From positions 57,519 through 121,518 of the IMG/VR virus record IMGVR_UViG_3300048880_000725: a stretch of DNA of 64,000 bases; one strand, 5' to 3'. Below the pieces are notes generated by a model that saw only the letters and a program-made list of their open reading frames with translations, had not been told where the DNA came from and did no database searches. This document shows, piece by piece, positions 21,701 to 29,696 of the stretch. Position numbers and translations under genes: made by a program. Position 1 is the stretch's first letter. Every line of letters begins with the position of its first letter. Source of the stretch: a virus. Its lineage: Duplodnaviria > Caudoviricetes.

Positions 21701-22097
21701 CTCCGAAAGAGAGGTTCTCGGAAGAGCTGTGAGCGGAAGCCTGCACGAAGTCTTTAAAAGCTTTTTTACTGGAGGCTCAATGGTAACGCCCCTGTCTCAA
21801 GTCGCTAGCTTAAATGAAAATACAAGAATTAAGGTTGAGGCTATAATAAAAACTAAAATAAAGGAATTTTCAATAAAAAATGGTAAAAATATAGGTAAGA
21901 AGTTTGCGAAATACCTCATCGAGGATGTAAATGGAGATACTTGTGGCTTAACTTTATGGGCAGATGATTATGAGAGATATAGAACAATGTTGAGAGACGG
22001 ACTGCCAATAAAAGCAATATGTAAAGTCAATAGTTATTTAGATCAAAAGGACCTAGCCTTATCTAATTTAGAAAGAATTTATGGGAGAGACATATGA
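18726..22097 (+). CDS. dnaE: DNA polymerase III alpha subunit (family C)
   Basis: PHP motifs LHNHT and TDHG, GPARGSSAGSLV, catalytic PDIDTD, HAAGVV, KMDLLGL, YAFNKSH, C-terminal OB fold. Confidence 0.97.
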   Translation: MSKGMFVSLHNHTELGSPLDGMNDTYDLFKRAKEVDHPAVAVTDHGTLTALYDAYLASQQTGVKLIPGMEAYFADDLSTRKNYHLVLLAQNEIGYRNILNINYSAFQNQVSGYMGKKTPRVSWEHIEKYNEGVIALTACSNGLIAKTLITDNDEEKAICHIKRMNAIFKDRFFLELQPHALYDVSKSGKEVNQQRLNESLLRLSADMGIPYVITCDAHYRDKEHAKYHDFMLAIKDKKAVDDPDRFRYGVQDMYLKTHEEITDFFGREIAEVGMKNSLRITESCSEPHYIKPQGVKLPSFAASLESDYDEFSEWKEKTRSTISEDKSYLRYKCIEGFKEKLSHLPKEEREEYWDRVKMELGVLEDKNFSSYMLIVADYVNWAKDRMPVGPARGSSAGSLVAYLTGITDIDPIKYELIFERFHNNKKESFPDIDTDFSDPGLVKEYIKDKYGEDRVASISNWSTLSPKVIIKDVARSLRLGGDKSSAFKIANKITSMMPDAKNLASAMRDSAQFSEYMRKYPDLLEYGEKLQNLTRNWSVHAAGVVIGSEPLNDSIPLRIDDEGHVVTQWEKTRCEDNGLIKMDLLGLKTLTVIDNTFKLIEETSGKKLSIEDIDLGDKDTYRMLGRGNTSGVFQLESSLTPFCVKLKPSSIEDISAINAIGRPSCLPAERRRYAKRRLGLEAVIYDHPSLERALKKTYGVLVYEEQALFIAQDCAGWDLNQADALRKISKLKGKDPKLVLRTEAAFTRDCMAYSEMTYEKASLIWKKYIEPLGGYAFNKSHSISYSHISFYTAWLRCHYKTQFMCALLNSEDANSDKAQEYLAECKKMGIKVSPPHINNSSGQYCVLKDGEISTGLSAVKGVGEKAICSIVSMQPYSDFAALLTRNQSKTVGKTVIQSLVKAGALDCFDRTRMDMHDNYQKYRSKARGVIKKATEAIAISHNAAFKDLAKDERAELMSEHAIDVSSDEFCEIISAIDFGTPEEEWDRKEILLSEREVLGRAVSGSLHEVFKSFFTGGSMVTPLSQVASLNENTRIKVEAIIKTKIKEFSIKNGKNIGKKFAKYLIEDVNGDTCGLTLWADDYERYRTMLRDGLPIKAICKVNSYLDQKDLALSNLERIYGRDI

Positions 22098-22573
22098 TTA
22101 ATTGTAGACAATGTGATTTTTTAATAAAAAATTCGATGCGCCATGCGCTTATAAATAATTGCTGCCCAGCATGTGGTGCTGCAGTTCTCGGAGAAACTCA
22201 TACGCAGAGAATGCGTATGTTTAAGCAGAGGCTGTTGCAGCAAGAGTTTGCGCAGAGCTTATCTGATGATCTTGTATTTGATATGACTCTTTTTATGCTT
22301 CTTGAGTTTTCTCCGATAGACCTGGATAAGGATAATACATCTGATGGTGATTCAGAAGATACGGAGGAAGGCTCCCAGGGTGATACTTCAGAGTTTCGTG
22401 AGGATGATTATGAAAAAATTAGAGATGAAATAAGAGAAGAAGTGTTAACTGGGGCTGAAGATCTAGATGAAGATCTAGATGAAGACCTGAAGATAGCGAG
22501 GCTGAAAAGGCTTGCTAAAGAGGGGAACGTAAGACGCCCTGGAGCTTCGGTGCGGAGGCTTGGAGGTGATTAG
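22094..22573 (+). CDS. Zinc-ribbon protein
   Basis: CRQC...CPAC at the N-terminus, acidic C-terminal half. Confidence 0.65.
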   Translation: MINCRQCDFLIKNSMRHALINNCCPACGAAVLGETHTQRMRMFKQRLLQQEFAQSLSDDLVFDMTLFMLLEFSPIDLDKDNTSDGDSEDTEEGSQGDTSEFREDDYEKIRDEIREEVLTGAEDLDEDLDEDLKIARLKRLAKEGNVRRPGASVRRLGGD

Positions 22574-22913
22574 GGCGGTTAACAACAAGAGGCTTGATTT
22601 GAATGCGGAAGAATATGAATATTATTTAAGTCTAACAGAGAAATTTGGGCATCAAGATTTCGTAGGATTATTCACTACGGATAAGAACGGACAGATAACA
22701 AGCATAGCCCCTCCAGTGGATAGGCAGATATCTCTTGGCGTTATGTTTTTTGTTTTAAATGTAATGATGAACCAGAGGCTCCGGGCCCTTGGGTCTCTGA
22801 TAGAAAAAAATGAAGAAAAAGTTGCCGAAAGCTGCTCCGGGGATAATATACAGGAGAGGCTTGAGCGGGTTGAGAAACAGCTACAAGCAATTTTAGGAGA
22901 AAAGGCACAGTGA
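22566..22913 (+). CDS. Hypothetical protein
   Basis: GTG start 7 nt after GGAGG (22554-22558); overlaps neighbours. Confidence 0.6.
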   Translation: MIRAVNNKRLDLNAEEYEYYLSLTEKFGHQDFVGLFTTDKNGQITSIAPPVDRQISLGVMFFVLNVMMNQRLRALGSLIEKNEEKVAESCSGDNIQERLERVEKQLQAILGEKAQ

Positions 22914-23470
22914 GTAATTTATACGAAAAGGTTTCTATCTCGAATTTTTCAATAGAAAATATTGATATTTCTGGCATAGAAGAGGTCATCGATCATTTGC
23001 CGAAAAATGGTGTCGTTGATCCCAATATTGCAGAAAGAGGCCTCCTCTATACCTTGGAGGGGCAGAACTTGTGCCAAGAGAAGATTGTTCAGGTTGATCG
23101 CTGGATTGGACAGCTTGACTCTTCAAAGAATAAGGCTTGGTCTCAAGCAGCTTTAACTAAGTCTAAAGAGGCTGGTTACAAAACTGTGAAAGACAAGGAG
23201 TGGTTTGCTCAAGCTGATGATAATTATATAGAAGCTTGTAATGATCTTGTTTTAGCTAAAGCTTGTAAGAAATGGCTTGAAAATAAAGCTAGCTATTTTT
23301 TGGCTTGGCATTATGCACTAAAAACCTTTCTACGGAGAGATTATTCTATTGAAAGTGCTAGTGGAGTTGGGTATAATATAGGGCAGACTAACCCCGAGCC
23401 CTTTCCGTCGTCAACAGTATCAGATCAAGACGATTTAGATATTGGTGGAGATGATATTGAGTGGGGTTGA
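22910..23470 (+). CDS. Helical protein with acidic tail, possibly a recombination mediator (UvsY-like)
   Basis: Coiled-coil pattern, acidic end DDIEWG, located next to SSB. Confidence 0.4.
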   Translation: MSNLYEKVSISNFSIENIDISGIEEVIDHLPKNGVVDPNIAERGLLYTLEGQNLCQEKIVQVDRWIGQLDSSKNKAWSQAALTKSKEAGYKTVKDKEWFAQADDNYIEACNDLVLAKACKKWLENKASYFLAWHYALKTFLRRDYSIESASGVGYNIGQTNPEPFPSSTVSDQDDLDIGGDDIEWG

Positions 23471-23555
23471 TGTTTTTAACAATATGTGGTAAATATCGCA
23501 ATACAGCGAAAAATAGTCCACACAACGTGACAAGGTCACACAAAGGAGAAAAGTA

Positions 23556-24167
23556 ATGTCAGATATGGTATTTGGTGAAGTAGATTGGAATTCCGCAGAT
23601 TCTGGAACAACGAAGTCTAATTTTATGCGGTTAGAAGAAGGGGAGAACCTCGTTAGAGTTATGGGGAATCCCGTTCAGTTCTATATCCATTGGGTAGTTA
23701 CTCCAGACGGTTCTCGCCGGAAGGTGAATAGCCCTGTGGATAGCCCCGAACTGATTCGTAGGTTAGAGGATTCTGGCTTCAAGCGTCAGGCCAGATGGCT
23801 GGTCAAGGTTCTGGATAGAACTGACGATGAGTTTCGGGTATTAGAGGTTGGTCCTCAGATCTATAACGGAATTAAGTCACTTTACAATAATTCCCGATGG
23901 GGGAAGGTTACTCAATATGATTTGTCGATTAACAAAGGCCCAAAGGGGACTCAGCCTTTGTATGGAGTAACTCCTAATCCTAAGGAGGCGCTGTCGGGAG
24001 ACTTTAAGGCTAAGTTCGTAGAGTTTAACGATAGAGTTGATGTCGAAAAGGTTATCACCCCTGCTACGGCTTCGGAGGTATGCGAGGTTATGGGATGGTC
24101 TGTGACAGAACAAGCTTCTGTTTCTGAAGGCACTTCCGACGAGGACTTTGACTTTGATTTTGAATAA
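23556..24167 (+). CDS. Phage single-stranded DNA-binding protein
   Basis: FMRLEEGENLVRV...YDLSINK OB-like pattern; acidic/aromatic tail DEDFDFDFE; replication context. Confidence 0.7.
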   Translation: MSDMVFGEVDWNSADSGTTKSNFMRLEEGENLVRVMGNPVQFYIHWVVTPDGSRRKVNSPVDSPELIRRLEDSGFKRQARWLVKVLDRTDDEFRVLEVGPQIYNGIKSLYNNSRWGKVTQYDLSINKGPKGTQPLYGVTPNPKEALSGDFKAKFVEFNDRVDVEKVITPATASEVCEVMGWSVTEQASVSEGTSDEDFDFDFE

Positions 24168-24185
24168 AATCTAATCAATATAATT

Positions 24186-24221
24186 AGGGCGTATAGAGTA
24201 AAATCTCTATGCGCCCTTTTT
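24186..24221 (+). terminator. Intrinsic terminator
   Basis: AGGGCGTATAGAG-taaaat-CTCTATGCGCCCT followed by a T-tract after ssb. Confidence 0.75.
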
Positions 24222-24226
24222 ATATT

Positions 24227-24769
24227 ATGATTAAAGTTTTAGGATTAGACATATCTTCTGCCACCATTGGTTGGGCCATATTAAATATGGAGGATGGAGA
24301 GGTGTCACTTTCTGAGTATGGTCACATATCTCCCCCTAAGAGTAAAGCGGGAAGCCTTACTTTTAGAGCGAGTAAAGCTTTTGATGAAGTTTTAGAGTTA
24401 ATCGCTAAAAAGAGCCCAGAAATAGTTGTCGTAGAGTCTTATGCGAATAAATTCCCTGCAGGAAGAAGTACTGCAAGGACTATAATTGTTTTATCAGTTT
24501 TCAATGAAGTTGTGTCAATGGCTGCGCTTAGATCCTTAAACAAGGATCCTATAAGATATCCCGTCACAACAATAAGGTCAAAGCTTTCAAGACTTGCTGA
24601 TAAAAAAATTACTTCAAAAGAAGAGTGCTTTGAATTTATATGTGATTACTTCTCAACTTTTACGGTAAGAAAAAATAGAAATGATAATGTATCGAAAGAA
24701 TGTTTTGATGAGGCGGACGCAATAGCTGCGGCGACAGCATATTATGTAAAGGAAATTTTAGGAGAGTAA
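24227..24769 (+). CDS. ruvC: RuvC-like Holliday junction resolvase
   Basis: VLGLDISS..GWA, VVVES and DEADAIA acidic catalytic motifs; start moved to ATG 24227. Confidence 0.8.
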   Translation: MIKVLGLDISSATIGWAILNMEDGEVSLSEYGHISPPKSKAGSLTFRASKAFDEVLELIAKKSPEIVVVESYANKFPAGRSTARTIIVLSVFNEVVSMAALRSLNKDPIRYPVTTIRSKLSRLADKKITSKEECFEFICDYFSTFTVRKNRNDNVSKECFDEADAIAAATAYYVKEILGE

Positions 24770-24770
24770 T

Positions 24771-26429
24771 GTGGCTAAAAATTTAACATATTCAAAAGAA
24801 GGAAGAGAACTTCTCCTTTCTGGTGCTGAAAAGTTAGCAAAGACTGTCGGCGTTACAATGGGGCCTCAGGGAAAAAATGTGATACTAGGTAAATTTGTTG
24901 GGGCTCCGGTATTGACGAAGGACGGGGTCACGGTAGCCAGGGAGGTCTCCCTGGAGGATCCCGTTGAGGAACTCGCCTGTCAGCTTATAAAGGAGGCGGC
25001 AGGAAGGACTGCGGCGGTAGCTGGAGACGGGACAACCACGGCCACGGTATTAGCCCACGAAATATTTAAATTAGGAAACGAACTTATAAGTAGCGGATAC
25101 AGCCCTCTTCTCTTCAAGAGAGGTCTCGAATGGGCGACCAAGGCTGTTTTGGCGAATCTTGATGAACTAACCAGGCCAGTTAGTGGCTATGAAACTCTAA
25201 GAGATATAGCAACAATATCTGCAAATAATGATGCTGACCTCGGGTCGAAGATAGCTGACGCCTTTCACGCTGTTGGCCTGGAGGGAACTGTTGCGGCAGA
25301 AGCCGCTCCGGGGGCTGATACCTCAGTTAGATTTATAGATGGTGTCGAAATAGAGGCCGGATACATTTCTCAATCATTTTTAGTAAATCAAGGTCAGCCG
25401 GATATAAATTTAATAAAAGCTCGGATTCTTTTGTGTGAAGATGAGCTATCTTCTATAACACCCTGCTTAGGGCTTTTAAACAAGGTTTCAGATGAAAATA
25501 CTCAACTGCTTATTATAGCTAAAGATGTAAAGAAAGAAGCTCTAGCCACCTTGGTAGCTAATAATAAAATAGGCAGACTAAATTGCGTAGCAGTAAAGAT
25601 GCCCGTAATGGGTGTATGCGGAGTGGATGGTGAGAAGGAGTGGATGGACTGTTTGGCTGCGCTATGCGGAGCTAATGTTGTAGGTAAAGATAGGGGCATA
25701 CCACTATCTCAAGTGACCCTCGAAGACCTTGGTTATGCAGAGAAGATTTCTGTGAATAGATTCTTAACAAAGATTCTGGAGGGTGCAAGAAGCGAGGACA
25801 GAGTTGCCGACAAGATAGCTCTTTACGAGGGTGATTCCAAAAAGCTACTTGGAGAAAAAAATCTTTTAGATGTAAGGCGAAGATTGGCGTTTCTTAAAAG
25901 TAAAGCTGCGATGATAACCGTGGGATACTCAACTGAGCTTGAGCTTAGAGAAAAAGGAGATCGGGTTGATGACGCAGTTTGCGCTACTAGGGCTGCTATA
26001 GAAGAGGGCATTTTGCCCGGAGGCGGTGTAGCTATTTTGCGAGCATCAAACATGGTGTCTTTAGATGAGTTGGAAGAGGAGCTTCGGCCTGCAGCCAATG
26101 TTCTTTTACAGGCCTGTCAAAGGCCTATTAGGCAGATAGTTGAGAATGGCCATGAGGATTCCGAACCTATAATTAAGACTATACTTGAAAATGATGATCC
26201 TGAGTTTGGGTATAACGCAGCAACTTCTACGTTTGAAAAGTTGATAGAGGGCGGTGTAGTAGACCCAAAGAAAGTAACAAGAGTTGCTCTGCAAAATGCG
26301 GCAAGTATATCATTATTATTGATAAATACTGAAGCAATAGTGTCTGAGCAACCAGACAGCCCGTCTAGTTGGCAGCCACCACCTGGATGGAGGCCCCCAG
26401 AAGAGGGCGTTTTAAGGCACAAGCATTAG
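24771..26429 (+). CDS. groEL: GroEL-like chaperonin
   Basis: TMGPQGKNV, TKDGVTVA, AGDGTTTATVLA, PGGGVA, GVVDPKKV. Confidence 0.95.
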   Translation: MAKNLTYSKEGRELLLSGAEKLAKTVGVTMGPQGKNVILGKFVGAPVLTKDGVTVAREVSLEDPVEELACQLIKEAAGRTAAVAGDGTTTATVLAHEIFKLGNELISSGYSPLLFKRGLEWATKAVLANLDELTRPVSGYETLRDIATISANNDADLGSKIADAFHAVGLEGTVAAEAAPGADTSVRFIDGVEIEAGYISQSFLVNQGQPDINLIKARILLCEDELSSITPCLGLLNKVSDENTQLLIIAKDVKKEALATLVANNKIGRLNCVAVKMPVMGVCGVDGEKEWMDCLAALCGANVVGKDRGIPLSQVTLEDLGYAEKISVNRFLTKILEGARSEDRVADKIALYEGDSKKLLGEKNLLDVRRRLAFLKSKAAMITVGYSTELELREKGDRVDDAVCATRAAIEEGILPGGGVAILRASNMVSLDELEEELRPAANVLLQACQRPIRQIVENGHEDSEPIIKTILENDDPEFGYNAATSTFEKLIEGGVVDPKKVTRVALQNAASISLLLINTEAIVSEQPDSPSSWQPPPGWRPPEEGVLRHKH

Positions 26430-26438
26430 GAGATAGAA

Positions 26439-27581
26439 ATGGCTAAGAAAATGACTGCTAGTGAAGCAGAACGAGAAATATCTAAATTCTTTGGTGAGGA
26501 TACAATCTTTTTTGATGGAAATATATCTACAAAATATGATGCAATAAGCACCGGAAGTCCGGCCCTGGATGAATCGATTGGGATAGGAGGCATACCTATG
26601 GGCAGGATAACTCAGTTTGCTGGGAAGGAAAGCTCTGGAAAGACAATGCTTGCTCTATCTTGTATAAAACAATATTTAGATAAAAATCCAAATAATACGG
26701 CCTTATTTATTGATGCAGAGTATACATATGATCCGGCCTGGGCTGCCAAACAGGGTGTCGATACAGACAGGGTTATGGTTATAAAGACGAATGAAGCCAA
26801 GGCAATATTTGAAGGATTAATAGGCAAGGTTAAAGTAAATTCTGTTACTAAAAAAGTTACAAAAAGTATGCGAGGCATTTTAGATCACGTAATAGAAGGG
26901 ACTGATCCTAGGTTTAAAAATTTAGGAATAATAGTTCTTGACTCAATAGCCGTCTTAAATACTCCACTGGAAATATCTGCAGATATAGGCAAAGCCAATA
27001 TGGCTCCTATTCCGAGGTTTTTATCGACAGAATTAAAGAAGCTAACTCCAGTTGTGGCGCAAGCAAACGTTGCCTTTATAGGTATAAATCAGGTAAGGGT
27101 AAACCTGGGACAGATGTTTGGAGATCCAACTACATCCCCAGGTGGTAAGGCACTCAAGCACGCGTGCAGCCTCATGCTTAATATGGCCCCAATACTTTCT
27201 GCAGACTCTGTTATTAAGAATAGCAATGGAGAGAAGATTGGGCACGTAGTTCGCGCAAAAATTCAAAAAAATAAAGTAGGGGCTCCCTTTAGGCAGGCTG
27301 AATATAAGGTTGAGTATGAAAAAGGTATTGTAGAACAAAATGAGGAGCTTTTTGATTTGGCAGTAAAATATGGCTTGATCGATAGGCCAAACAATCAAAG
27401 CTATATGGTTTACGGAGAGAAGATACGAGGAAGAGATGCAGCGTTGGATTCTTTCTCTAAAGACAAAGAATCCTTAGTGGAGTATGATTTAAAGATAAGA
27501 GATATGTATCTTTCCGGAACTCGACCTGGCAGATCGGATGACGAAGAAGAGGTAAATCCTCTAATAGAGGAAATGGAGTAA
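26439..27581 (+). CDS. recA: RecA recombinase
   Basis: GKESSGKT, FIDAE, LDSIA, INQVR, PGGKALKH, KNKVGAPF. Confidence 0.95.
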   Translation: MAKKMTASEAEREISKFFGEDTIFFDGNISTKYDAISTGSPALDESIGIGGIPMGRITQFAGKESSGKTMLALSCIKQYLDKNPNNTALFIDAEYTYDPAWAAKQGVDTDRVMVIKTNEAKAIFEGLIGKVKVNSVTKKVTKSMRGILDHVIEGTDPRFKNLGIIVLDSIAVLNTPLEISADIGKANMAPIPRFLSTELKKLTPVVAQANVAFIGINQVRVNLGQMFGDPTTSPGGKALKHACSLMLNMAPILSADSVIKNSNGEKIGHVVRAKIQKNKVGAPFRQAEYKVEYEKGIVEQNEELFDLAVKYGLIDRPNNQSYMVYGEKIRGRDAALDSFSKDKESLVEYDLKIRDMYLSGTRPGRSDDEEEVNPLIEEME

Positions 27582-27585
27582 AGAA

Positions 27586-27948
27586 ATGTTAGTACAATGC
27601 AATGTAAAATGTCAGACAACTGTTGACGCCTCATTAGATGTTGATACAGATGAGGTAATATGTGGAGATTGCGGCAGTGTTTTGAAGGATGTTTCGAAAT
27701 ATTCAAAGCTGTCAATGAAGACAAATGGTGATATTTTGAGGTCGAAAAATAAAAAAGCATTTGTTTTTTACTGTGAAGCCCATGATGAGCACGTAGAAAC
27801 AACCTTTGTGCAATCAAGGCTTGTGGGCAGAACCTGTCCAGACGATGGTAGTCCGTGTAAGATAAATGTTACAGAACATATGGTAAAAGCCGTAGAGGAG
27901 ACTGAGAGATATTTAACAAAGGTAGAAAAGCATGATGATTCAACATGA
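27586..27948 (+). CDS. Cys-rich putative zinc-binding protein
   Basis: CNVKC, CGDC, CEAH and CPDDGSPC. Confidence 0.65.
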   Translation: MLVQCNVKCQTTVDASLDVDTDEVICGDCGSVLKDVSKYSKLSMKTNGDILRSKNKKAFVFYCEAHDEHVETTFVQSRLVGRTCPDDGSPCKINVTEHMVKAVEETERYLTKVEKHDDST

Positions 27949-28687
27949 GCAATTAAGCGCTTTAATAAATATATGTCACTCAAATATAAGAAACTCAAAA
28001 AGTTGTCTCAAATATTTAATAAAGGAAAGACAGATTTCAAAGCGCTCTATTATTGATAATAAGATAGGATTTTTTCCTCAAAATATAGATGTTCTTACGA
28101 AGTATGTATCTGAGGATCTTTTAAATAAGTTAAATATATTAAATTATTCTAAGGATAGTGATTTCTCAAATTATTTTTACTTAATATTTCCAATATTTTC
28201 TGAATATGGAGAGGCTGTCGGCGTTAGCGGGAGAACTCTTATCGGAGATCCTGAAAGAACGGTACTTGGAATCCCTAAGTATAAGAACTCTTCATATAAG
28301 AAGGGAAATATTCTATACGGACTAGACAGGGCCAAGGCTTCATGCTTAAAGAACTCAAACGCCTATGTTGTAGAGGGATATTTCGACCAAATAGCTATGT
28401 GTCAAAATGGTATTGAAAATTCTGTCGCTATATGCGGTACGTCTTTTTCTCAAAATCATTTTATTAAATTAGCAAGATATACAGATAAAATAACTTTTAT
28501 TCTCGACTCAGATGATGCTGGTCAAAAATCAGCAGAGAGAATATATTCTAAATATATAAACAAAGGTATAAAGCTAAGGTTCTTAAAAGTACCCGATGGA
28601 AATAAAGATGTAGACGAGTATTTTCGAAATCACAATAAGGCTGATTTCTTCAGAGACTTTAAGCAGATAATTCCAGATATGTGGTAG
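27932..28687 (+). CDS. dnaG: DnaG primase catalytic core (TOPRIM) lacking the zinc finger
   Basis: IFPI..GR, PKYKNS, LYGL, VVEGYFD, GTS, DSDDAG, KDVDE. Confidence 0.88.
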   Translation: MMIQHEQLSALINICHSNIRNSKSCLKYLIKERQISKRSIIDNKIGFFPQNIDVLTKYVSEDLLNKLNILNYSKDSDFSNYFYLIFPIFSEYGEAVGVSGRTLIGDPERTVLGIPKYKNSSYKKGNILYGLDRAKASCLKNSNAYVVEGYFDQIAMCQNGIENSVAICGTSFSQNHFIKLARYTDKITFILDSDDAGQKSAERIYSKYINKGIKLRFLKVPDGNKDVDEYFRNHNKADFFRDFKQIIPDMW

Positions 28688-29133
28688 GAACCGTGGTAAA
28701 AAGAAAAAGTAAATCATATCAATACAAGATTGTTGAGATATCTTTCGAGTCTCTTAAGTTGAATAATTTTTCAACGGAACGAGGTATGGGTCAGGTCTTG
28801 ATGAATAACTCTTGTGACGAGAGGATTACTGATCTCAAAGAAGAGCTTTTGGACGAAATATATGATATTGTCAATGGAGAATATCTAACAGAGCATCAAA
28901 AAAAGATTCTTTTCATGAGGTTAATGGGCAAGACTCAGAATGATATAGCTGAACATTTGGGCATAACTCAATCGGCCGTGCATAAGGCTATGCATGGAAA
29001 TATTGACTATAAGAATCAAAAGAAAAGGTATGGCGGAATAATAAAAAAATTACAAAAGATTTGTAAAAATCATGAAAGAGTAAACGAAATCCTGACGGAA
29101 ATTGCTACGATCAACAAAGGTGATGAAGAATAG
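28681..29133 (+). CDS. Sigma-70 region 4-type HTH protein
   Basis: LTEHQKKILFMRLMGKTQNDIAEHLGITQSAVHK. Confidence 0.75.
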   Translation: MVGTVVKRKSKSYQYKIVEISFESLKLNNFSTERGMGQVLMNNSCDERITDLKEELLDEIYDIVNGEYLTEHQKKILFMRLMGKTQNDIAEHLGITQSAVHKAMHGNIDYKNQKKRYGGIIKKLQKICKNHERVNEILTEIATINKGDEE

Positions 29134-29135
29134 TC

Positions 29136-29186
29136 TATTAATTAAAGAAGTATCTTAAGATAGGTTGGATATTCTTTTCTATTAAT
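29136..29186 (+). promoter_or_regulatory. Two TAYTAAT elements at the start of the morphogenesis block
   Basis: TATTAAT at 29136-29142 and 29180-29186. Confidence 0.5.
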
Positions 29187-29210
29187 AAAGGTGAAAATTA
29201 CACAAGGAGC

Positions 29211-29687
29211 ATGTTCATGTCGGAAATAGATAGTATTTTAATAGAGCTACACAGGAAGCGGACTGCTAACATTTCTTCAAAAGACCGCATTAAATTAACC
29301 GATGATTTACAAATTAAGAAAGTAGCATTCGATATGTATCGTGTGCTAAAGGATCAATATAACGACCTGTGGAAGGTTGAGGATGTTGATGGAGAGCGCT
29401 TTCTTGTTAGAAGTTCTGACCCCGCATATACTACGAAAGAAGAGGGCTCATGGGTTGTCACCGGCAACTATGATAGCGATAATGTAACTCTATCTTATAA
29501 AAAAGTTCCTATATGTAGTTTTTCCTCAGATGAGTTTGGTTTTTCTAAAGATGATATTTTTACGTTTAAGTCAGCACTGTTAGATGTTATAGAGTCCGAT
29601 GAAGGCTTTGTGAAAAAGGTTATAGGCAGCCAGCCGGAAGCAAAGGTTTCTGCCATAAAGAGTCTTTTTCCAGAATTATTAAAATAA
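29211..29687 (+). CDS. Hypothetical putative virion protein
   Basis: AGGAG SD; KKVA motif; first gene of the head block. Confidence 0.65.
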   Translation: MFMSEIDSILIELHRKRTANISSKDRIKLTDDLQIKKVAFDMYRVLKDQYNDLWKVEDVDGERFLVRSSDPAYTTKEEGSWVVTGNYDSDNVTLSYKKVPICSFSSDEFGFSKDDIFTFKSALLDVIESDEGFVKKVIGSQPEAKVSAIKSLFPELLK

Positions 29688-29696
29688 GGGTATACA

